From Actinomycetes bacterium (GTDB lineage: Bacteria > Actinomycetota > Actinomycetes > S36-B12), in contig OZ245718.1 of the NCBI GenBank assembly GCA_965227045.1, forward strand, positions 983,528 to 1,047,527: 64,000 bases of DNA, written 5' to 3'. The translations under genes were made by a program, and so were the position numbers. Shown piece by piece: positions 1 through 10,372 of the stretch. The notes below the pieces were generated by a model. The model was not told where the DNA came from. It did not search any database and saw nothing but the letters and a program-made list of their open reading frames with translations. The number at the start of each line of letters is the position of its first letter. Position 1 is the first letter of the stretch.

Positions 1-1
1 C

Positions 2-1186
2 GCCTGGCTGGTCGAGACGGTTCCCGATGACGAGCTCCCCATCTACACGATCCTCGTCCCCGTCTTCCGCGAGGCCAACGTCATGGAGATGGTCATGGAG
101 CACATCGGGCAGCTCGACTGGCCGAAGTCCAAGCTCCAGGTACTCATCCTGACCGAAGAGGTCGACCAGGAGACGGTCGAAGCGGTGAAGGCCGCGCAGC
201 CGCCGGAGTTCATCCGCCTACTCGTCGTGCCCGCCGGCACTCCGCAGACCAAGCCGCGGGCATGCAACTTCGGACTGATGTTCTCCCTCGGCGAGTACCT
301 GGTCATCTACGACGCGGAGGACCGTCCTGATCCCGACCAGCTGCGACGCGCGCACGCTGCGTTCCTCGCGGACAGTCGCGATCCCGACCAGAGTCGCCCG
401 CTCGCCTGCGTCCAGGCCGCGCTCAACTACTTCAACTGGGATGCGAACCTGCTGACCCGCATGTTCACTCTGGAGTACTCGTCGTGGTTCGACGGCATGC
501 TGCACGGCATGGAGGCCTTCCGCCTTCCGATCCCGCTGGGCGGAACGTCGAACCACTTCCGCACCGACCGGCTGCGCGAGCTCGGCGGCTGGGACCCCTA
601 CAACGTCACCGAGGACGCCGACCTCGGCATGCGCGCGTCCGCGGCCGGCTACCGCGTCGGCACCATCAACTCGACCACGTGGGAAGAGGCCTGCTCGAAG
701 GTGCCCGCATGGATCAAGCAGCGCACGCGGTGGATCAAGGGCTACATGGTCACCGCGGTCGTCGATGCGCGCTACCCGATCAAGTTCACGAAGTCCGCCG
801 GCCTGCGCAGTCTGGGAACGCTCATCGGCCTGATCATCGGCACGCCGCTGATGTTCCTCGCGTACCCGATCGTGTGGGGTATGACGATCATCGTCTACAT
901 CGGGTTCGAGACCTTCGCGTTCACCCTGCCGCCGGCAGTGGGTGCATTCGCCGTCTTCAACGCCATCTTCGGCAACGTCACGGTGATGGTCTTGTCCATG
1001 CTCACGGGTGCGTCACGTCATGGCTGGCGTATTGCCGGCTACTCGCTGCTGAACCCGGTCTACTGGTGCCTGCACTCCTACGCATCCTGGCGCGCGCTGT
1101 TCCAGGTGTTCTTCAACCCCTTCGCCTGGGAGAAGACCCCGCACGGCCTGACGCACGGCCGCGAAGAGAACGCCGCCGTCACCTAA
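2..1186 (+). CDS. Family-2 glycosyltransferase (processive, membrane-anchored), 5' end cut by window edge
   Basis: The frame is open from nt 2 with no stop. Motifs seen: PIYTILVPVFREANV, YDAEDRPD (DxD-type) and KQRTRWIKGY (QxxRW). The C-terminal part has hydrophobic TM segments. Confidence 0.8.
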   Translation, partial: AWLVETVPDDELPIYTILVPVFREANVMEMVMEHIGQLDWPKSKLQVLILTEEVDQETVEAVKAAQPPEFIRLLVVPAGTPQTKPRACNFGLMFSLGEYLVIYDAEDRPDPDQLRRAHAAFLADSRDPDQSRPLACVQAALNYFNWDANLLTRMFTLEYSSWFDGMLHGMEAFRLPIPLGGTSNHFRTDRLRELGGWDPYNVTEDADLGMRASAAGYRVGTINSTTWEEACSKVPAWIKQRTRWIKGYMVTAVVDARYPIKFTKSAGLRSLGTLIGLIIGTPLMFLAYPIVWGMTIIVYIGFETFAFTLPPAVGAFAVFNAIFGNVTVMVLSMLTGASRHGWRIAGYSLLNPVYWCLHSYASWRALFQVFFNPFAWEKTPHGLTHGREENAAVT

Positions 1187-1209
1187 GCCCGCCCCGAACA
1201 CCCGCGTCC

Positions 1210-1299
1210 CGAATTGAACCGCCTCCCGGGTCAAATCCCGCGAATCCCACGTAGAACGGCCCGAAAACCCGGATTTGACCCGGGAGGCGGTTCAATTCG
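1210..1299. repeat. Long-stem palindromic intergenic element, copy 1 (29-bp perfect arms, 32-nt spacer)
   Basis: Left arm 1210-1238 (CGAATTGAACCGCCTCCCGGGTCAAATCC) is the exact reverse complement of right arm 1271-1299. The same arms recur at 13011-13098. Confidence 0.9.
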
Positions 1300-1304
1300 G
1301 GGAG

Positions 1305-1377
1305 TGGACCGCACTGGACTCGAACCAGTAACCAATGCCTTGTAAGGGCATCACTCTGCCAATTGAGTTAGCGGTCC
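1305..1377 (-). tRNA. tRNA-Val (anticodon TAC)
   Basis: The reverse complement folds by hand into a 73-nt cloverleaf: acceptor GGACCGC/GCGGTCC, D stem ACTC/GAGT, anticodon stem ATGCC/GGCAT with loop CTTACAA, T arm ACTGG-TTCGAGT-CCAGT. No CCA is encoded. Confidence 0.85.
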
Positions 1378-1398
1378 CGACGTGGGACGAGGCTACCG

Positions 1399-1860
1399 TC
1401 AGGAGAGGTCGGCGAGCGCGGCCACGTAGTCGTCGGCGCTGCGCGCCTCGCCCGGGCCGTTGATGACCGACCAGCGCACGATGCCGTCCTTGTCGATGAC
1501 GAACGATCCGCGCGTGGCGAACCCCTTCGCCTCGATGAACACGCCGTACGCCTTCGAGACCTCGCCGTGCGGCCAGAAGTCGCTCAGCATCTGATGCGTG
1601 AGGCCCTCCTGCTCGGCGAACACGCGCAGGGTGTGATGGCTGTCGCACGACACGCTCAGCACGACCGAGTCGTCGTTGACGAAGTCGGTGTAGCGATCAC
1701 GGATGGTGCACAACTCGCCCGTGCACGTGCCGGTGAAGGCGAACGGGTAGAACATGAGGAGCACGTTCTTCTCGCCGCGGTAGCCGGACAGTGTCACCTG
1801 CTCGCCGTACTGATTGGTGAGGGTGAAGTCCGGAGCGGGCTGGCCGATCTCGACTGACAT
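1399..1860 (-). CDS. ahpE: AhpE-type 1-Cys peroxiredoxin
   Basis: 153 aa. The peroxiredoxin motif FYPFAFTGTCTGELC is present. Its position next to DUF3052 and aceE matches M. tuberculosis Rv2238c-Rv2241. Confidence 0.85.
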   Translation of the reverse strand: MSVEIGQPAPDFTLTNQYGEQVTLSGYRGEKNVLLMFYPFAFTGTCTGELCTIRDRYTDFVNDDSVVLSVSCDSHHTLRVFAEQEGLTHQMLSDFWPHGEVSKAYGVFIEAKGFATRGSFVIDKDGIVRWSVINGPGEARSADDYVAALADLS

Positions 1861-1893
1861 GGAACTCCTGCCGTGGGTGCGTGAAACCGGACG

Positions 1894-2316
1894 CTACCGC
1901 TTGGCGCGGGGAGCCACCAACCGGGTGCCCTGCCACTGGGAGCCGGCGCTGATCGTGCTCGTCTGCTGAAGACCGGCCGTCGGCGCCGCATCGGAAATAT
2001 CCTCGGCCTCCACGTGTCCAGCACGCCCCGGCTTCGGAGTGATCAGCCAGACGACACCGTGATCGGCAAGCAGTCCGATCGCGTCAACCAGCGCATCGAC
2101 GAGATCCCCATCGTCTTCGCGCCACCACATGATCACGACGTCGACGACGTCGTCGAAATCCTCGTCAACCAGTTCGCCCTCGATGACCTGCTCGATGCCG
2201 GCCCGAAGATCGTCGTCGACATCGTCGTCGTAGCCGAGTTCCTGCACGGTCAGACCGGCCTGAAGTCCGAGTCGACGAGCCCGGTCGCGGGCCCCGTCCT
2301 CCGCAGCGGCGGTCAC
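1894..2316 (-). CDS. DUF3052-family protein (Rv2239c-like)
   Basis: 140 aa, acidic. VQELGYDDDVDDDLR...VVIMWWREDDGDLVDALVDA...VWLITPK matches my recollection of the DUF3052 family. GTG start with AGGAG upstream. Confidence 0.7.
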   Translation of the reverse strand: MTAAAEDGARDRARRLGLQAGLTVQELGYDDDVDDDLRAGIEQVIEGELVDEDFDDVVDVVIMWWREDDGDLVDALVDAIGLLADHGVVWLITPKPGRAGHVEAEDISDAAPTAGLQQTSTISAGSQWQGTRLVAPRAKR

Positions 2317-2605
2317 GTCACTCCTTACCTCGGCCGGCGCCGGCCGAGGGCCGCACCGACGTTCGGGACGGGTTCAGCCCCGTCCTCTGGCCCGTAGTCC
2401 ACCCGACGCAGCGCGTACGCGCAAGTGACACCGCCGAATTGGGGTGCTGAATCTTCTCCCGACACACGGCGTCGCACCGTCGATTGCGCCCCTCCCCGGG
2501 ACAGCAAGGCGCCTATGCGGAAGGATGAGACAACCAAACGAAGTGCGTAATCCGATGCCCCGATGACTGGCGATCCCCGTCACCGGCCGAGTCGAAGGGT
2601 TCACC

Positions 2606-5344
<2,739 letters not shown>

Positions 5345-5346
5345 CG

Positions 5347-6510
5347 ATGGCGTCAGATCCCCGGCGCTTCCTTCGGTACCTCGAGGCCGAGCGGAGCGCG
5401 TCGTTGCTCTACCGCGCGCTCGCGCAGACGGTCGACGGGGATCGACGGGACGCGCTGCTGGAACTGGCCCAGATCGAGGACGAGCACGCGGCGCACTGGA
5501 TCGAGAAGCTGACCGAGAACGGCGTCGCCATTCCGCCTGCTCCGACGAGCCTGGACCCGAGCAACGCCGCCCTTGTCGCTCGCGCTCGCGGCGCGGGTTT
5601 CACCGATGTGCTGCGGCATCTGGAGATCACCGAGAGCGACGACGCGGGCATGTACGACGCTGAGCCCGAGGCGCCGATGTACATGTCGGAGGACGAACGC
5701 GAGCACGTCGAGGTCTTCCAGCGGATGATCACGTCGATCGAGACCGATTCCGCGATCGCATCACCCGGGCCGAGTGGGCACCGCGTGCTCACTCCCGGCG
5801 ATGGAGAGCCGTGGCACCGTGGCGACCGAACGGGTTCCACACGCGCTGCGGTATTCGGCGTCAGCGACGGACTCGTATCGAACACGGCGCTGGTCATGGG
5901 CTTCGCGGGTGCGTCGACGAGCAACGGCACAGTTCTCTTCGCCGGACTGGCGGGCCTGCTCGCTGGCGCATTCAGCATGGCCGCCGGCGAGTACGTCAGC
6001 GTGGCAAGCCAGCGTGACCTGTTCCGGCGCGAGATCAATATCGAAGCGAGCGAGCTGCGCGAGAAGCCCGATGAGGAGCAGAAGGAACTCGAGCTCATCT
6101 ACCGGGCGAAGGGCCTGGATCGCGACATGGCGGCGAGCATTGCCGCGAAGATCATGTCCGATCCCAAGACGGCGTTGGACACCCTCGCGCGCGAGGAACT
6201 CGGGCTCGACCCCGATTCGCTTGGCTCGCCGGTGCGCGTGGCAGTGTCGAGTTTCATAGCGTTCGCGATCGGTGCATCAGTCGTCGTCATCCCCTACCTG
6301 TTCTTCCTCGCGCCGGGCGCATCGACCGCGATCCCCCTGGCGATCTCGGTGGTGCTGGCCGCTGCGTCGCTCCTCGTCGTCGGCGGCATCGTGGGTCGAT
6401 TGTCCGGACGCGGCGTGGTCTTCTCGGCATTGCGCCAGTTCCTGTGGGGTTCGGGAGCGGCCGTCGTCACGTTCGCGGTGGGTCGCATCATCGGCGTCTC
6501 CACTGGCTAG
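5347..6510 (+). CDS. Erythrin (ferritin-like di-iron) domain fused to a VIT1/CCC1 membrane transporter (MbfA-like iron/manganese exporter)
   Basis: The N-terminal half has two ExxH motifs (IEDEHAAHW, EDEREHVEVF). The C-terminal half (AAVFGVSDGLVSNTALVMG plus TM helices) is typical of VIT1. It starts 2 nt after the aceE stop. Confidence 0.85.
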   Translation: MASDPRRFLRYLEAERSASLLYRALAQTVDGDRRDALLELAQIEDEHAAHWIEKLTENGVAIPPAPTSLDPSNAALVARARGAGFTDVLRHLEITESDDAGMYDAEPEAPMYMSEDEREHVEVFQRMITSIETDSAIASPGPSGHRVLTPGDGEPWHRGDRTGSTRAAVFGVSDGLVSNTALVMGFAGASTSNGTVLFAGLAGLLAGAFSMAAGEYVSVASQRDLFRREINIEASELREKPDEEQKELELIYRAKGLDRDMAASIAAKIMSDPKTALDTLAREELGLDPDSLGSPVRVAVSSFIAFAIGASVVVIPYLFFLAPGASTAIPLAISVVLAAASLLVVGGIVGRLSGRGVVFSALRQFLWGSGAAVVTFAVGRIIGVSTG

Positions 6511-6586
6511 CGAGGCGTCGCCGACCGGCGGCCCGCAGGCGACCCACGAGCGCGAAGTCGCCATCCTCACTCGCGCGACCGGCGAG

Positions 6587-7693
6587 TTGACCACGGCCGC
6601 GACCAAGCGCATGGAGGAGACCCTCCCCTGGTTTCGCGAGCTCGGCGCCGAGGAGCGCTCGTGGGTCTCGCTCGTCGCGCAGGCCGGCATCACCGCATTC
6701 ATCGACTGGTACACCTCCTCGCAGGACAGCCCCGCCCTCACGTCCGACGTGTTCGGCGCGGCGCCACGCGAGCTCGCCCGGGTGATCTCGCTCGAGCAGA
6801 CCGTCGACCTGGTCAGGACGACGGTAGGCGTCGTCGAGGCGGCGATCGAGGGCCTGGCAACCGAGGCCGACCAGCCGCAGCTGCGCCTCGCTGTCCTGCG
6901 CTACACCCGAGACATCGCCTTCTCCGCAGCCGAGGTGTACGCACGCGCGGCGGAGGCGCGCGGCGCGTGGGATGCGCGGCTTGAGGCGTTGGTCGTCGAC
7001 GCACTGCTGCGCGACGAGGTCGACGAGTCGGTGCTCGGCCGCGTCGCGGCGCTCGGCTGGTCCACGCAGGGGCAGGTCGCGGTCGTCGCCGGGGCGGCAC
7101 CACTCGGCGATCCCGAGCTCGCACTCGACGTCCTGCGACGCGCAGCGGACCATCACGCACTCGACCTGCTGACCGGCATCCACGGATCGACCCTGCTCGC
7201 AGTGGTCGGTCGCGGCAGCGACATCACCAAGGCCGCCAGGCTGCTCGCCCCGCATTTCGGTCCTGGCCCGGTCGTCTCCAGCGAGCCGGTCGACGGTCTC
7301 GCGCTCGTGCCGCACGCCGCCAGGTCAGCACTGTCCGGCCTGCGCGCCGCGTGGGGCTGGGCCGACGCGCCGCGCCCCGTTGCTGCTGCGGACCTGCTGC
7401 CCGAGCGAGCACTGGACGGTGACCGCGACGCGGTCCGCGCCCTCGTCGACTCGGTCTACCGGCCGCTGCTCGCCGATGTCGCCCTCTACGACACCGCCAC
7501 GACGTTCCTCGAGCGCACCCCCTCTCTGGAGGCCACCGCGCGCTCGATGTTCATCCACCCCAACACCGTCCGGTACCGGCTGCGACGGATCGCCGACCTG
7601 ACCGGCTTCAGCCCGACCGACGCCCGCGGAGCCTTCAGCCTGCGGATCGGCCTGACACTCGGGCGGCTGGCGGGCGATGATCTCCCCGACTAG
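6587..7693 (+). CDS. PucR-family transcriptional regulator, MabR (Rv2242) / FasR (SCO2386)-like regulator of the fab operon; N-terminus uncertain
   Basis: C-terminal PucR-type HTH (FIHPNTVRYRLRRIADLTG). It lies directly upstream of fabD. The ORF is open from 6272, but that part overlaps the VIT1 gene in another frame and translates to S/R/C/W-rich junk. The first usable starts after the VIT1 stop are TTG 6587 and ATG 6611. Confidence 0.75.
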   Translation: MTTAATKRMEETLPWFRELGAEERSWVSLVAQAGITAFIDWYTSSQDSPALTSDVFGAAPRELARVISLEQTVDLVRTTVGVVEAAIEGLATEADQPQLRLAVLRYTRDIAFSAAEVYARAAEARGAWDARLEALVVDALLRDEVDESVLGRVAALGWSTQGQVAVVAGAAPLGDPELALDVLRRAADHHALDLLTGIHGSTLLAVVGRGSDITKAARLLAPHFGPGPVVSSEPVDGLALVPHAARSALSGLRAAWGWADAPRPVAAADLLPERALDGDRDAVRALVDSVYRPLLADVALYDTATTFLERTPSLEATARSMFIHPNTVRYRLRRIADLTGFSPTDARGAFSLRIGLTLGRLAGDDLPD

Positions 7694-7725
7694 GTCATAT
7701 TTGTAGGATTCCTACAAATATGACC
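7693..7725. promoter_or_regulatory. Perfect 33-bp AT-rich palindrome (16-bp arms, 1-nt centre) in the regulator-fabD intergenic region; candidate MabR/FasR operator
   Basis: GGTCATATTTGTAGGA-T-TCCTACAAATATGACC, verified base by base. It contains ATTTGT-N9-ACAAAT, starts at the stop codon of the regulator, and lies ~60 nt upstream of the preferred fabD start. Confidence 0.6.
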
Positions 7726-7784
7726 CCGGGAGATTGGTGACGTCAACAGCGCACGACCCGACCGCTTCACGGAAGGCTACGAAG

Positions 7785-8978
7785 GTGCTCGTTGTCGTCG
7801 CTCCCGGTCAGGGAGCCCAGTCCCCCGGTTTCCTGTCCCCCTGGCTGGAAATCCCCGGCGTCGAGGGGCGGTTGGACTGGCTGTCAACCGTCGCCGGCAT
7901 CGACCTGGTCAAGCACGGCACGGTGTCCGACGCCGACACCATCCGCGACACCGCCATCGCGCAGCCCCTGATCGTCGGCGCTGGCCTGGTCACCCTCCTG
8001 GCCCTCTTCCCGCACCCCGGGAATGCCTTCTCGCACATCGGTGCGGGCGCCGGCCACTCCGTCGGCGAGATCACCGCCGCCGTCGGCGCCGGAGTGCTCA
8101 CCGCGGAGCAGGCAATGGTCTTCGTGCGCGAACGCGGTCGCCTCATGGCCGACGCGTCGGCCGTGACCGCCACAGGCATGAGCGCGGTGCTCGGCGGCGA
8201 TGCGGACCTCGTCGTCGCGGCAGCGCAGAAGCACGGTCTCACGCCCGCGAATATGAACGGCGCCGGGCAGATCGTCGTCGCCGGGACCCTTGAGCAACTG
8301 GCCGCCTTCGCGGCCGATCCGCCCGAAGGCGCTCGCGTACGGCCCCTCGAGGTGGCCGGCGCGTTCCACACCAGCCACATGGCGCCCGCGGTCGACGTTC
8401 TCGCCGGCTACGCCAAGTCGATGACCACACGTGATCCGCGCATCCCGTTGATCTCCAACACCGACGGGCGCGTAGTCCACGACGGCCGCGATGTGCTGCG
8501 TCGCCTGGTCTCCCAGGTCAGCAACCCGGTTCGCTGGGACCTCTGCATGAGCGCGATGGCCGATCTCGGCGTCACGGCGATCATCGAGATCCCGCCCGCC
8601 GGAACGCTGGTCGGCTTGGCCAAGCGCGCCCTGCCGGGCGTCGAGACGCTCGCTGTCAAGACGCCCGATGACCTGCCCGCCGCATGGCGCCTGATCGAGA
8701 AGCACGGCAAGCACGGCCACCTCGACGCCTCGCCCACGTGGCGCCTCCTCGTCGCGCCGATCAAGGGCACCTTCCGGAAGGGCGAGCCACTCGCCGAGGG
8801 CGATGAGGTCGCCAAGGACACCGTCGTCGGCATCGTCGAGACCCTGCGTGAGTCGATCCCGGTTGTCGCCCCGCACGGCGGCACGGTCGTTGAATGGCTC
8901 GTCGAGGAAGGCGATCCGGTCGCCCCTGGACAGCCGATCATCCGGCTCCACCCCCTCGCCCAGGAGGCAACAGCGTGA
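7785..8978 (+). CDS. fabD: Malonyl-CoA:ACP transacylase (FabD) with a C-terminal ~89-aa biotinyl/lipoyl-carrier-like domain
   Basis: APGQGAQ and the GHSVGE nucleophile motif are present. GTG 7785 is preferred because GGAAGG lies 8 nt upstream and there are 6 residues before PGQG. Alternative starts are TTG 7734 and GTG 7737. The protein is ~90 aa longer than typical ~310-aa FabD. Confidence 0.85.
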   Translation: MLVVVAPGQGAQSPGFLSPWLEIPGVEGRLDWLSTVAGIDLVKHGTVSDADTIRDTAIAQPLIVGAGLVTLLALFPHPGNAFSHIGAGAGHSVGEITAAVGAGVLTAEQAMVFVRERGRLMADASAVTATGMSAVLGGDADLVVAAAQKHGLTPANMNGAGQIVVAGTLEQLAAFAADPPEGARVRPLEVAGAFHTSHMAPAVDVLAGYAKSMTTRDPRIPLISNTDGRVVHDGRDVLRRLVSQVSNPVRWDLCMSAMADLGVTAIIEIPPAGTLVGLAKRALPGVETLAVKTPDDLPAAWRLIEKHGKHGHLDASPTWRLLVAPIKGTFRKGEPLAEGDEVAKDTVVGIVETLRESIPVVAPHGGTVVEWLVEEGDPVAPGQPIIRLHPLAQEATA

Positions 8979-9979
8979 GCGCCGCCATCACCCCTGCCGT
9001 CGGCGCCAAGTACGCGCGCATCATGTCCGTCGCCGGCTACCGTCCCGATCGCATCGTCACCAATGCGGAGATCTGCGAGCAGATCGACTCGACGGACGAG
9101 TGGATCCGGGAGCGCTCTGGCATCATCGAGCGTCGCTACGCCGCCCCTGACGAGACCGTCGTCGACCTAGCCGTCGCAGCCGGGCGCAAGGCCCTCGCGG
9201 CGTCGGGCATCTCCGCCGACCAGCTCGGCATGGTCATGCTCGCCACCGTCACGCATCCGTACCAGACGCCGTCGGCAGCCGTCGAGGTCGCAGCACAACT
9301 CGGCGCGACCCACTCCGGAGCTGTCGATCTCAGCGCCGCGTGCGCCGGCTTCTGCTACGGCGTGACGATGGCCAGCGACATGATCCGCGGCGGCAGCGCC
9401 GAGTACGTGCTGCTGATCGGCGTCGAGAAGCTGACCGACTGGGTCAACCCGGCCGACCGCGGAACCGCATTCTTGTTCGCCGACGGTGCGGGTGCCGCAG
9501 TGCTCGGCCCCTCTGACGTGCCGGCAATCGGGCCCGTCGTGTGGGGCTCCGATGGCGCACAGAAGGACGCCATCACCATGACCCAGTCGATGATCGACTA
9601 CCGCGACAACGGCGGGCCTATCTTCCCGACGCTCACCATGCAGGGCCAGCAGGTGTTCCGCTGGGCCGTCGGCGAGATGTCGAAGGTCGCGCAGACCGCC
9701 CTCGACGTTGCCGGCGTCGACGCGAACGACCTCGACGCGTTCATCCCTCATCAGGCCAACATGCGCATCACCGATGCCATGGTGCGAGCGATCAAGCTTC
9801 CCGAGCACGTCCCCGTCGCTCGCGACATCGCCTATACGGGCAACACCTCGGCGGCCTCAGTACCGTTGGCCATGGAGCGCATGCTGGAGTCCGGGGAAAT
9901 CCCGCACGGTGGCACTGCACTCCTGATCGGCTTTGGTGCAGGCCTCGTGTTCGCTGCTCAGGTCGTCACGCTTCCCTAG
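8975..9979 (+). CDS. fabH: 3-oxoacyl-ACP synthase III
   Basis: The GTG start overlaps the fabD stop (GTGA). AGGAGG sits at 8962-8967. Active-site context DLSAACAGFCYG is present, plus FIPHQAN and GNTSAAS motifs. Confidence 0.9.
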   Translation: MSAAITPAVGAKYARIMSVAGYRPDRIVTNAEICEQIDSTDEWIRERSGIIERRYAAPDETVVDLAVAAGRKALAASGISADQLGMVMLATVTHPYQTPSAAVEVAAQLGATHSGAVDLSAACAGFCYGVTMASDMIRGGSAEYVLLIGVEKLTDWVNPADRGTAFLFADGAGAAVLGPSDVPAIGPVVWGSDGAQKDAITMTQSMIDYRDNGGPIFPTLTMQGQQVFRWAVGEMSKVAQTALDVAGVDANDLDAFIPHQANMRITDAMVRAIKLPEHVPVARDIAYTGNTSAASVPLAMERMLESGEIPHGGTALLIGFGAGLVFAAQVVTLP

Positions 9980-10025
9980 CCCGACCCGCACGCCCCGAAT
10001 TGCACAACGAACGAAAGGGAAACAC

Positions 10026-10268
10026 ATGAGCCAGGACATCCTGGAAGGCCTCGCCACCATCGTCAACGAGGTCGCAGGCGTGCCCGTAGAGGACGTTCAG
10101 CCCGACAAGTCCTTCGTCGACGACCTGGACATCGACTCGCTGTCGATGGTCGAGGTTGTCATGGCGGCGGAGGACAAGTGGGGCGTGAAGATCCCCGACA
10201 GCGAGGTCAAGAACCTCAAGACGGTCGGCGACGCCGTCAGCTTCATCGCTGCGAACCAGAACCAGTAG
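10026..10268 (+). CDS. acpP: Acyl carrier protein
   Basis: 80 aa. LDIDSLSMVE carries the phosphopantetheine-Ser motif. It lies between fabH and fabF. Confidence 0.9.
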   Translation: MSQDILEGLATIVNEVAGVPVEDVQPDKSFVDDLDIDSLSMVEVVMAAEDKWGVKIPDSEVKNLKTVGDAVSFIAANQNQ

Positions 10269-10277
10269 CGCGCACGC

Positions 10278-10334
10278 CGACCTTGAGGTTGGCGTGGATT
10301 TCCATCCGGATTTTCCACGCCAACCTCAAGGTCG
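10278..10334. terminator. 21-bp perfect-stem hairpin after acpP (no U-tract); attenuator or I-shaped terminator candidate
   Basis: CGACCTTGAGGTTGGCGTGGA (10278-10298) is the exact reverse complement of 10314-10334. The loop is 15 nt. Confidence 0.5.
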
Positions 10335-10372
10335 CGGGCTGAACACGCGGTAATCGCATTAGGAGGGATCCA

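Noticed and set aside
6272-6586. Upstream part of the PucR-regulator ORF as real coding sequence, which would overlap the VIT1 gene by 239 nt.
   Set aside because: The translated segment (…SSSPTCSSSRRAHRPRSPWRSRWCWPLRR…) is compositionally aberrant and lies in an alternative frame of a strongly supported membrane domain.
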